This document shows, in pieces, positions 48,888-56,536 of a stretch of 64,000 nucleotides of DNA. Source of the DNA: Bacteroidota bacterium (GTDB taxonomy: Bacteria > Bacteroidota > Bacteroidia > Bacteroidales > SZUA-534); assembly GCA_003250355.1 (NCBI GenBank), contig QKGS01000052.1:1908-65907 (forward strand), written 5' to 3'. Position 1 is the first letter of the stretch. The number at the start of each line of letters is the position of its first letter. A program made the translations under genes and the position numbers. The notes under the pieces were generated by a model. That model made no database searches. It saw nothing but the letters and a program-made list of their open reading frames with translations, and was not told the DNA's origin.

Positions 48888-48915
48888 GTTGCAAGTTACA
48901 GGTTACAAGTTGCAA
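48888..48915 (+). repeat. Heptamer array GTTGCAA GTTACAG GTTACAA GTTGCAA
   Basis: Read directly from the sequence. Ends 16 nt upstream (in gene sense) of the batB ATG. Same family as the arrays around the four-helix-bundle gene. Confidence 0.9.
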
Positions 48916-48978
48916 GTTTTCGTATTCTGAAAACCTTATTCTTGAACCTAAATCTCACTTATATTATTATCATTTTTC

Positions 48979-49006
48979 GGTCTCCTGTTTCCGTTCTCCA
49001 GTCTCC
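48979..49006 (+). repeat. Heptamer array GGTCTCC TGTTTCC GTTCTCC AGTCTCC
   Basis: Read directly from the sequence, 5 nt from the batA stop. On the mRNA-sense strand it reads GGAGACT GGAGAAC GGAAACA GGAGACC. Same family as 62656-62690. Confidence 0.85.
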
Positions 49007-49010
49007 GGCA

Positions 49011-50006
49011 TTAAGGCACATTCCTCAATATCGTTGTTCTAATAACCAACTCAATAAGCAGAAGTAATACTCCTAACAGTAGAAAAGGGAAATATTCTTC
49101 GTTCTTTTTACTGTATTCTTTTACTTCTATTTTTGATTTTTCAAGCTTATCGATATTTTGGTAAACAGCCTCCAGCCGTTCGTTATCAGTTGCACGGAAG
49201 TACTCTCCATCGGTCAAATGAGCTATTTGGGTAAGTACATCTTCATCTATGTCAACATCCATATTCTGATAGCGCTTTCGTCCGAACATATCCATAACAG
49301 GATATGGTGCCTGCCCGCGAGAACCAATACCTATGGTATATACCCTTACTCCCATTGTCTGAGCAATTTCGGCAGCTGTTAACGGTGGTACTTCACCACT
49401 GTTATTTACACCATCGGTCATTAGTATTACTACTTTACTTTTGGCTTCACTATCCTTCAGGCGGCTTACTGCATTAGCCAATCCAAGCCCCATTGCAGTA
49501 CCATCTTCAATTAGTCCTTCTTTAACATCGTTAATAAGGTTTATAAGAACAGCATGGTCGGTTGTTAGCGGACATTGGGTAAAGCTCTCTCCTGCAAACA
49601 CTACTAAGCCTATACGGTCGTTTGGTCTGCCTGATATAAATTTAATTGCATCGGCTTTGGCAGCTTCCAGTCGGTTTGGCTTAAAATCTTCGGCAAGCAT
49701 TGAACCCGATATATCGAGTGCTATAACTATATCAATACCCTCGGTCGATGTGTTGTTCCAGTTATCGGTACTTTGCGGACGAGCCAAAGCTATTATAAGT
49801 ATTGCTAAAGCCAATACTCTGAGTACTGCAGGTATATGTCGTAAATAGTATTTGTACGATTTTGATACCTTACCAAACCCTTTAATTGTTGACATATTAA
49901 TAGATGCCTGATAGCTGTTGCGCTTCCATACATAGTACGCTATCATTGGTACAAGCAATAACAGCAGGTATAGTATGTTTGGATTGTTGAATGTTATTTC
50001 GTTCAT
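49011..50006 (-). CDS. batA: BatA (VWA-domain, membrane-anchored)
   Basis: 331 aa. Two N-terminal TM segments, VIALDISGSM MIDAS motif, C-terminal TM. Confidence 0.85.
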   Translation of the reverse strand: MNEITFNNPNILYLLLLLVPMIAYYVWKRNSYQASINMSTIKGFGKVSKSYKYYLRHIPAVLRVLALAILIIALARPQSTDNWNNTSTEGIDIVIALDISGSMLAEDFKPNRLEAAKADAIKFISGRPNDRIGLVVFAGESFTQCPLTTDHAVLINLINDVKEGLIEDGTAMGLGLANAVSRLKDSEAKSKVVILMTDGVNNSGEVPPLTAAEIAQTMGVRVYTIGIGSRGQAPYPVMDMFGRKRYQNMDVDIDEDVLTQIAHLTDGEYFRATDNERLEAVYQNIDKLEKSKIEVKEYSKKNEEYFPFLLLGVLLLLIELVIRTTILRNVP

Positions 50007-50010
50007 GTTT

Positions 50011-50059
50011 CTTGATGCTAGATACTAGATTCTGGATTCTGGATGCCTGACTCTAGTTG
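50011..50059 (+). repeat. Heptamer array CTTGATG CTAGATA CTAGATT CTGGATT CTGGATG CCTGACT CTAGTTG
   Basis: Read directly from the sequence. Begins 5 nt from the batA ATG. Confidence 0.9.
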
Positions 50060-50126
50060 CTCCGTTTCTTTCCAATTATTTTTAATCTAGTATGTAAATT
50101 ATCATTATATATTTTTCTTTTTCTTA

Positions 50127-50245
50127 GTTGCGATGCATGGTTTCCATTTTTTCAAAATTGACCGAGCTGCTTGCATCGCTTTTTTGCCATCATTCCGTGG
50201 GTTAAAACCCACGGCTATTATAGTGTCGCCCTTACAGGGCTTTTA
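50127..50245 (+). repeat. Copy B of the three-hairpin intergenic element (spacer between the hypothetical gene and batA)
   Basis: P1 is GCGATGCA (50130-37) / TGCATCGC (50172-79). P2 is CCGTGGG (50195-201) / CCCACGG (50208-14). P3 is GCCC-TTACA-GGGC (50228-40) followed by TTTT. Confidence 0.8.
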
Positions 50246-50272
50246 TTTGCGTTGCTATAACTACAAATCTAC

Positions 50273-51301
50273 TCACAACTTCTTACTTCCCTCTTCACTC
50301 TGCAGACTGCCTGCTGAAGACTGCTGACTTGAATCTTCCTCAACTTCTTCACTGCTCTCTTGTTCCACAACCTTAGTTCGCTCTACAAACTCATAGGCAA
50401 ATCTCATGCTTCGTTCGTTTTCGTCGGCCATGGCTGCTCCTTTGGCAAATTTTACCAAATCGGCTAGCTGAAGCATTCCTTTCAACGAATCTTTAGCATC
50501 GGGTGAAATATCCTTAATCGGCTTAATCATCTGAATAATCTCGCCTGTGGTTAATTCCATTGCCAATACCCCAAACCGGTCTTCAATATATGTACGTACT
50601 ATATCGGTAAGGCGAGAGTAGTATTCTTTGGTATCGCCGCTTTGCCATATTTTAGCTTCGCGCAAATGGTCGAGTTCACGAAATGCTATAATATGAGCCG
50701 GTTCTTTTGGTGCTTCTTTTTTTACAAACACAGGCTCTTTTTTTACAAATCGCTTATAAACATACCAAGTAATAAATGCCAGTAATAAAGCCAATAAACC
50801 ACCAAAAGCAAAAGGGGCAACCTCTTTAAAAATAACAGGAGCTTCCATTGGTGCTTTAATATCGGTAATAGCATTGGGGTTTGCAGAGTCGAGCTGCATG
50901 GTCATTACACCAAAGTAAACCGGATTTGTTTTGGCTGAATCTGCTTCAATGCTATTGGGCCATATTATCTGCATTTTGGCCGGTGGCAATTCATACCAAC
51001 CGCTATCGAACGATGTTACAAGCATTTTTTGTTCTACGTGAACTAAGTCATTTTCGTAAGTAGTATCATATTTAAAATGCTCAAGTATTTCAAGTTCGCC
51101 AATAATAGTGTCGGCAAATATCGGGAACTCTACATTAACATCTTTAGGAAATGATGCTTTGATACGGTAATATGTCTGGTCGCCAATAAGCATAATATTG
51201 GTATCCATTTTGGCTTCGAGTGTAACCTGAGCTTTAATGGTATTACCCATTAGAACAGCAGAAAGCAGAAGCAGCAAGTATATTTTTGTTGTTTTACTCA
51301 T
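50273..51301 (-). CDS. Conserved Bat-operon membrane protein of unknown function
   Basis: 342 aa. Signal peptide, one central TM (FAFGGLLALLLAFITWYVY) and an acidic S/E-rich tail. Occupies the slot between the DUF58 gene and batA. Confidence 0.6.
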   Translation of the reverse strand: MSKTTKIYLLLLLSAVLMGNTIKAQVTLEAKMDTNIMLIGDQTYYRIKASFPKDVNVEFPIFADTIIGELEILEHFKYDTTYENDLVHVEQKMLVTSFDSGWYELPPAKMQIIWPNSIEADSAKTNPVYFGVMTMQLDSANPNAITDIKAPMEAPVIFKEVAPFAFGGLLALLLAFITWYVYKRFVKKEPVFVKKEAPKEPAHIIAFRELDHLREAKIWQSGDTKEYYSRLTDIVRTYIEDRFGVLAMELTTGEIIQMIKPIKDISPDAKDSLKGMLQLADLVKFAKGAAMADENERSMRFAYEFVERTKVVEQESSEEVEEDSSQQSSAGSLQSEEGSKKL

Positions 51302-51303
51302 AG

Positions 51304-52173
51304 TTAGGCTCCCCTGTGTTTAAATAAGTAAATAAGTGGTTTCACATAATCGTCGCCGGTTGCAACTGTGGCATAATCAACACCGCTAAGTTTAAATTTA
51401 TCTTCAAGTTTTTGAGTATGTTCATGCCACCATTCGGCGTAGGCATCACGTACACGCTTACTCGATGTGTCAATCCAGTTGGCCTGCCCCGTTTCTGAAT
51501 CAATCATTTTCACAAGTCCCATTTTTGGTATTGTTGTTTCGCGTTGGTCAAAAACTCTAAGACCTACAATGTCGTGCCTGCGGTTTGCAATAGTTAGTGC
51601 ATTTTTAAAATCGGGCGATATAAAATCGGATATTATAAACCCTATGCTCCGCTTCTTTATGGCATTGGTAAGATACTCTAAAGCAACTGCAATATTAGTC
51701 TCTTTACTTTCCGGTTCAAAATTCAGTAGTTCCTGAATTATGCGAAGAATGTGTTTGCGACCTTTCTGTGGCGGTATAAATTTTTCTACTTTATCGCTAA
51801 AAAGTATTACCCCTATTTTATCGTTATTATTGATAGCCGAGAACGATATTACTGCGGCTATTTCTGTCATTAGTTCCTGCTTGTACTGAACATTTGTTCC
51901 AAAGCTTTTTGAACCGCTAACATCAACAAGCAGCATAACAGTAAGTTCACGCTCTTCTTCAAAAACTTTAACATACGGGTGATTAAAGCGGGCAGTTACG
52001 TTCCAGTCTACATCGCGTATTGCGTCGCCGTACTGGTACTCTCGTACCTCGCTGAAGGTCATCCCTTTTCCTTTAAAAGCACTATGGTATTCGCCCGAAA
52101 ATATCTGGTTCGATATTCCGCGGGTTTTTATCTCTATATGCCTTACTTTTTTTAACAGATCTGTTGTATCCAT
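51304..52173 (-). CDS. DUF58-family protein (MoxR partner)
   Basis: I chose the start at ATG 52173-52171 (MDTTDLL...); the track's 52188 start is a TTG codon. GEYHSAFKGKGMTFSEVREYQYGDAIRDVDWNVTAR is the DUF58 hallmark. Confidence 0.85.
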   Translation of the reverse strand: MDTTDLLKKVRHIEIKTRGISNQIFSGEYHSAFKGKGMTFSEVREYQYGDAIRDVDWNVTARFNHPYVKVFEEERELTVMLLVDVSGSKSFGTNVQYKQELMTEIAAVISFSAINNNDKIGVILFSDKVEKFIPPQKGRKHILRIIQELLNFEPESKETNIAVALEYLTNAIKKRSIGFIISDFISPDFKNALTIANRRHDIVGLRVFDQRETTIPKMGLVKMIDSETGQANWIDTSSKRVRDAYAEWWHEHTQKLEDKFKLSGVDYATVATGDDYVKPLIYLFKHRGA

Positions 52174-52181
52174 GTCTCCAT

Positions 52182-52260
52182 GTTGCAAGTTGCAGGTTAC
52201 AAGTTACAAGTTACAGGTTGCGAGTTGCGAGTTGCGAGTTGCAGGTTACAGGTTACAGGT
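52182..52260 (+). repeat. 11-unit heptamer array (GTTRCRR)n
   Basis: GTTGCAA GTTGCAG GTTACAA GTTACAA GTTACAG GTTGCGA GTTGCGA GTTGCGA GTTGCAG GTTACAG GTTACAG GT. Lies between the four-helix-bundle gene stop and the DUF58 gene start. Confidence 0.95.
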
Positions 52261-52301
52261 TTTTAATACACTCAATCTTTAACCTATCTGCAATTAACAT
52301 C

Positions 52302-52673
52302 TTACTTATCGTCTCTCCAACTTTCCTCTACATACTGTAGGAACTTGTATAACATCCTGCTTAATTTATCATACTCTTCCATTAACTGAGTTAATGGGGT
52401 ATCCTCAAAATGTAATTCACTAATCATTTCAAGCTGCGACATAGCTTCATCGCATGATGCATGAGCGTAAACCAAAAACTTTACAAACTCATTTTTATAT
52501 CTCTTTCTTCCGTAACCTTCAACAATATTATCTTTTATACTTTTTGTCGAACGTCTTATCTGACTTCCTAGTTCGTATAACTCATATTTAGGTAGTTGCA
52601 TAGTCATTTTATGCACATCAATAGCTAACCTGTAAGCCAACTTATATACATCTAAATCTCTATAACTCTTCAT
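52302..52673 (-). CDS. Four-helix-bundle protein (23S rRNA intervening-sequence protein family, PF05635/TIGR02436-like)
   Basis: 123 aa. SYRDLDVYKLAYRLAIDVHKMT...LGSQIRRSTKSIKDNIVEGYGRKRYKNEFVKFLVYAHASCDE matches the family consensus pattern. Confidence 0.85.
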   Translation of the reverse strand: MKSYRDLDVYKLAYRLAIDVHKMTMQLPKYELYELGSQIRRSTKSIKDNIVEGYGRKRYKNEFVKFLVYAHASCDEAMSQLEMISELHFEDTPLTQLMEEYDKLSRMLYKFLQYVEESWRDDK

Positions 52674-52698
52674 TTTATATTTTATGTGAGCAAATAAT

Positions 52699-52730
52699 AA
52701 CTTGTAACATGCAACTTGTAACCTGTAACT
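52699..52730 (-). repeat. Inverted copy of the GTTRCRR heptamer array; the minus strand reads A GTTACAG GTTACAA GTTGCAT GTTACAA GTT
   Basis: Read directly from the sequence. Starts 2 nt after the moxR stop and lies upstream of the four-helix-bundle gene. Inverted relative to 52182-52260. Confidence 0.9.
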
Positions 52731-52732
52731 AG

Positions 52733-53728
52733 TTAAGGAACTTCCACTGTATTCAGTATCTCACTTATAATACCTTCAGAAGTAATATTTTCAGCTTCGG
52801 CCTGGTAAGTTAACCCAATACGGTGGCGTAATACATCGTAACATACAGCACGTACATCTTCAGGAATTACATATCCGCGGCGTTTTATAAAAGCATATGC
52901 TTTAGCTGCTTTTGAAAGGTTAATGCTGGCACGCGGCGAACCTCCAAAGCTTATCATGTCTTTAAGTTTTTCCAAACCATAATTGTCGGGATAACGAGTA
53001 GCAAATACTATGTCAACAATGTATTTCTCTATTTTCTCGTCCATATAAACCTCTTTTACTACGTCGCGGGCTTTAATAATATCGTCTTTTGTAAGTACTT
53101 TATTTGCGGTAGGGAATTCTTTTGCAATATTTTGACGAACAATTAACTGCTCCTCTTCTTTTTTCGGATAGTTAATGATTGTTTTCAGCATAAAACGGTC
53201 AACCTGTGCTTCGGGAAGCGGGTATGTACCTTCTTGCTCAATAGGGTTTTGAGTTGCAAGAACAAGGAACGGTTTTTCAAGCTTAAATGTTTCATCGCCT
53301 ATAGTTACCTGCTTTTCCTGCATAGCTTCGAGCAATGCACTCTGTACTTTTGCCGGTGCACGGTTTATTTCATCGGCCAACACAAAGTTTGAAAAAATAG
53401 GACCTTTCTTAACGTTGAATTCCTCGTTTTTCTGGCTGTAAATCATAGTACCCAATACATCGGCAGGAAGTAAGTCGGGGGTAAACTGAATACGGCTAAA
53501 ATCGGCATCGATAGTAGTTGCCAATGTGTTTATTGCCAGTGTTTTTGCCAATCCGGGAAGCCCCTCAAGAAGCACGTGCCCGTCTGACAATAACCCAATT
53601 AATAAACTTTCAACCAACGACTTTTGGCCTACTATTACTTTGTTCATTTCTATGTTAATCATATCTACAAATGAACTTTCACGCTGTATTTTTTCGTTCA
53701 ATTCTTTTATGTCAACTGTCTGACTCAT
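52733..53728 (-). CDS. moxR: MoxR-family AAA+ ATPase
   Basis: 331 aa. Walker A LLEGLPGLAKT, Walker B FVLADEINRA. Confidence 0.95.
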   Translation of the reverse strand: MSQTVDIKELNEKIQRESSFVDMINIEMNKVIVGQKSLVESLLIGLLSDGHVLLEGLPGLAKTLAINTLATTIDADFSRIQFTPDLLPADVLGTMIYSQKNEEFNVKKGPIFSNFVLADEINRAPAKVQSALLEAMQEKQVTIGDETFKLEKPFLVLATQNPIEQEGTYPLPEAQVDRFMLKTIINYPKKEEEQLIVRQNIAKEFPTANKVLTKDDIIKARDVVKEVYMDEKIEKYIVDIVFATRYPDNYGLEKLKDMISFGGSPRASINLSKAAKAYAFIKRRGYVIPEDVRAVCYDVLRHRIGLTYQAEAENITSEGIISEILNTVEVP

Positions 53729-53744
53729 ATTTTTAAGATTTTAA

Positions 53745-53758
53745 GTTACCGGTTGCAA
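53745..53758 (+). repeat. Two-unit GTTACCG GTTGCAA heptamer remnant upstream of moxR
   Basis: Read directly from the sequence, 17 nt from the moxR ATG. It has the same orientation and relative position as the arrays before the DUF58 gene and batB. Confidence 0.6.
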
Positions 53759-53867
53759 CATTTTTTTCTAATGCGAATATTGTAAAATCAGTACAATTCT
53801 CCTAAATGATTAACAATGTTTAACTGGCTTTAACACTTTTTTAACAGATTATTTTAAATTGTATTTA

Positions 53868-55178
53868 TCAAATATCATTTAACGATAACCCTTTATACTC
53901 TATACTATACCCATTCAAATTCTGAATAAGCTTCTGGCTTTTCTGCTTTAGTTTATCAATATTTATTTTATCGGCATTTAATTTAACCTCTGCTATTACA
54001 GCCTCTTTGGTATCTTCATTAATGGCTACTATATCTATCTCATTCTTATTACCACGCTCCCAATACCTGCCAATAGTAGTGTACTTTTGCTCTTCAATCA
54101 TTTTTTCAGCAAAATATCTTTCAAGCATAATACCTGAAAAGGTATCAAAATCGCGTTCTACTACCTGCTTCATGTATTCAAAATTCTGTATTTCAACAGC
54201 AGACCGATATTTAAAAATAAAGCGAAACCAAAAAGTGAGAAAATTATCTACAATTTCAAACTTAACCGATCTGCTTTCAGGTTTTGACAAAACCGGACGA
54301 ATTTTTCGTATAATTGAAAAGTCTTTTTCAAGACGCTCCAAAAAGCCGCCTGTTTCTTTTTCCAATATTGATTCTATTTCCTGCCGCGATGTTTTTCCTG
54401 AAGCTATCAGCGAAAGTATTGAAAAGTAAGTGCCATAGTCTTTTCCAAATTCCTCAATTAATACATTCTTACCTTCATCAAGCAATAGAGAGTAAGGTTT
54501 AAATATTTCATTAAGAATTTCTTTCAGTCCAACTACCTGCTTATCAACAAAAAGCTCAACATATTTGGGCATCCCCCCTGTTAATGCATAAAAAGCCAAT
54601 ATATCTTTAGCCGTAAAAGGTTTCCCTATATCACTCACTATCTCCTTTAATAAGCTAACCCGAAAAGGCTTTATTATAATACGCTCATTAGCCCTGCCAA
54701 AAAGAGGTTCTCTCTTATCTTCAAATATTTTGCTCATTAAAGAATATACAGAACCACAAACCACAAGATTTATCTTACTTCTATCTTTATAACTATCCCA
54801 TACATACTGCATTTCACTATAAATGGCTGAATTAATATTATAAAACTCCTGAAACTCATCAATTACAACTGTAAATGAGCGCTTCTCTGATTCATACATT
54901 AACATTTCAAACAGTGCTTTAAAAGTAGTTATTTCGCCAAAAACAGGTATTTGCAACTTTTCTTTAACCTGCTCAATAAATTCTTTACACAAAAGAGCTT
55001 CACTCTTTTTTGATACAAAAAAATACAATGATGAAACACTTTCTAAAAACCTGAACATTAAGCGTGTTTTCCCTACACGCCTACGCCCTACAGCTATTGT
55101 AAACTGAGCACCCGCCTCAGCTCTGCATGCAATATCACCCAGATAGCTTAATTCACTTTCTCTGTTATAAAAACGCAT
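53868..55178 (-). CDS. AAA+ ATPase (archaeal-ATPase/ATPase_2 type) with C-terminal DUF234 PD-(D/E)xK-like domain
   Basis: I chose the start at the internal ATG 55178 (MRFYNRESEL...); the track's N-terminal 34 aa look non-genic. Walker A GRRRVGKT, Walker B VVIDEFQ. C-terminal EIDIVAINEDTKEAVIAEVK is a D...E-x-K core. Confidence 0.75.
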   Translation of the reverse strand: MRFYNRESELSYLGDIACRAEAGAQFTIAVGRRRVGKTRLMFRFLESVSSLYFFVSKKSEALLCKEFIEQVKEKLQIPVFGEITTFKALFEMLMYESEKRSFTVVIDEFQEFYNINSAIYSEMQYVWDSYKDRSKINLVVCGSVYSLMSKIFEDKREPLFGRANERIIIKPFRVSLLKEIVSDIGKPFTAKDILAFYALTGGMPKYVELFVDKQVVGLKEILNEIFKPYSLLLDEGKNVLIEEFGKDYGTYFSILSLIASGKTSRQEIESILEKETGGFLERLEKDFSIIRKIRPVLSKPESRSVKFEIVDNFLTFWFRFIFKYRSAVEIQNFEYMKQVVERDFDTFSGIMLERYFAEKMIEEQKYTTIGRYWERGNKNEIDIVAINEDTKEAVIAEVKLNADKINIDKLKQKSQKLIQNLNGYSIEYKGLSLNDI

Positions 55179-55339
55179 AATCGTGAAATTTAATAGAATG
55201 AATATATTTAAAAATTGAATTCTCAAGTATTTAATACAACCAATGCTCATTACAGTAATAACCATTACAGTAACACACATTACAAATGTACTTCATTTTC
55301 ATATACTTTCAAATTCAAAACAATATTTATATTTACGTT

Positions 55340-56095
55340 ATGAACTCAACACGTTTTTTCATACGACTCGATTATAATGGGAGCAACTATTGCGGGTGGC
55401 AAATACAACCTAATGGCATTACCGTTCAGGGGGAATTAAATAAAGCATTATCGCTATTGCTAAAGGAAGAGATAAATGTGGTAGGTTGTGGCAGAACTGA
55501 CACAGGGGTACATGCACGTAATTTCTACGCCCATTTTGATTCTGAGTCATTAACTGATAAGGCTATTCACCAGTTAGTATACAAAATGAACCGCTTCCTG
55601 TATAAGGATATTGCCATAAGAAGCATTACACGTATGCACCCCGATGCACACACCCGTTTCGACGCTACCAAACGGACATATAAATACTATGTAACTACAG
55701 CAAAAGACCCTTATCAGATTCATTACCGTTGGCTATTGGCTTACGACCTAAGTGTTGATAAAATGAATAATGCAGCACAGAAGCTTTTTAACTACACCGA
55801 TTTTACAAGCTTTAGTAAGGTTGACACTGATGTAAAAACCAACAATTGCAAAATATATGAGGCTAAATGGGAACAGGAAGGAGATACTCTAATATTTACA
55901 ATAAGTGCCGACCGCTTTCTGCGAAATATGGTTCGGGCTATTGTTGGCACTTTGGTAAATGTAGGCAAAGATAAACTCTCAGTAAGTGACTTTTGTAATA
56001 TTATAGAGAGCAAAGACAGAGGTAAAGCCGGGGCTTCAGCACCTGGGAATGCACTATTTTTAGAGAATGTGGAATATCCTTATACGACTTACTAA
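55340..56095 (+). CDS. truA: tRNA pseudouridine(38-40) synthase TruA
   Basis: I chose the start at ATG 55340 (MNSTRFFIRLDYNGSNYCGWQIQ). Catalytic GCGRTDTGVHA. Confidence 0.9.
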   Translation: MNSTRFFIRLDYNGSNYCGWQIQPNGITVQGELNKALSLLLKEEINVVGCGRTDTGVHARNFYAHFDSESLTDKAIHQLVYKMNRFLYKDIAIRSITRMHPDAHTRFDATKRTYKYYVTTAKDPYQIHYRWLLAYDLSVDKMNNAAQKLFNYTDFTSFSKVDTDVKTNNCKIYEAKWEQEGDTLIFTISADRFLRNMVRAIVGTLVNVGKDKLSVSDFCNIIESKDRGKAGASAPGNALFLENVEYPYTTY

Positions 56096-56209
56096 ATGTT
56101 AAAAAAATGTCATATTTCAATCAATAAATAAGATGATACGAATGATATAAATTAACACTTGTTCATAATTCTTTTTTAGTTATAATTGTAGCCAATTTGT
56201 AACACGGTA

Positions 56210-56536
56210 ATGAGAGCTTTCTATTTAATTTTAATAGCTTTATTTATACAAAGCACTAATCTTTGTGGATTAGAAGCTAACAATAATTCATTATCATTTT
56301 CAGAAAACACTGTCTCTTCCCTAAATGTGTATAGCAATACATTACAATTGGATAATACAATTAATGAAACTTGTATTTCTGAAACCAAATTTGAAAATCA
56401 TTATACAATCTCAAAAAAATTATATTACTGCAAAAGTTCAAATAATAGAGAACTTGTTTATATAAGAATAGCAATTGTATTCAATTCGTTAGGAGATTTT
56501 ATTATTTTTCAAAATCTTCCTCCCCCTTTAGTTTAA
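56210..56536 (+). CDS. Hypothetical secreted small protein
   Basis: 108-aa ORF with a signal-like N-terminus. No other support. Confidence 0.3.
   Translation: MRAFYLILIALFIQSTNLCGLEANNNSLSFSENTVSSLNVYSNTLQLDNTINETCISETKFENHYTISKKLYYCKSSNNRELVYIRIAIVFNSLGDFIIFQNLPPPLV

Noticed and set aside
52174-52188. TTG start for the DUF58 gene at 52188.
   Set aside because: That codon lies inside the first heptamer unit. An ATG five codons downstream (52173) gives the expected N-terminus.
52182-52260. The heptamer arrays might be CRISPR-like or minisatellite-coding features.
   Set aside because: The units are 7 nt with no spacers, so this is not CRISPR architecture. A period of 7 is not a multiple of 3, and no cas genes lie in the window.
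52302-52673. The four-helix-bundle gene might be an Avd component of a diversity-generating retroelement.
   Set aside because: No reverse transcriptase ORF and no template/variable repeat pair lie anywhere near it. The only flanking repeats are the heptamer arrays.
55179-55339. Track N-terminal extensions of the ATPase (to 55280) and of truA (from 55286).
   Set aside because: Both extensions are hydrophobic, low-complexity, AT-rich translations of the divergent promoter region. Conserved N-termini begin at the internal ATGs 55178 and 55340.
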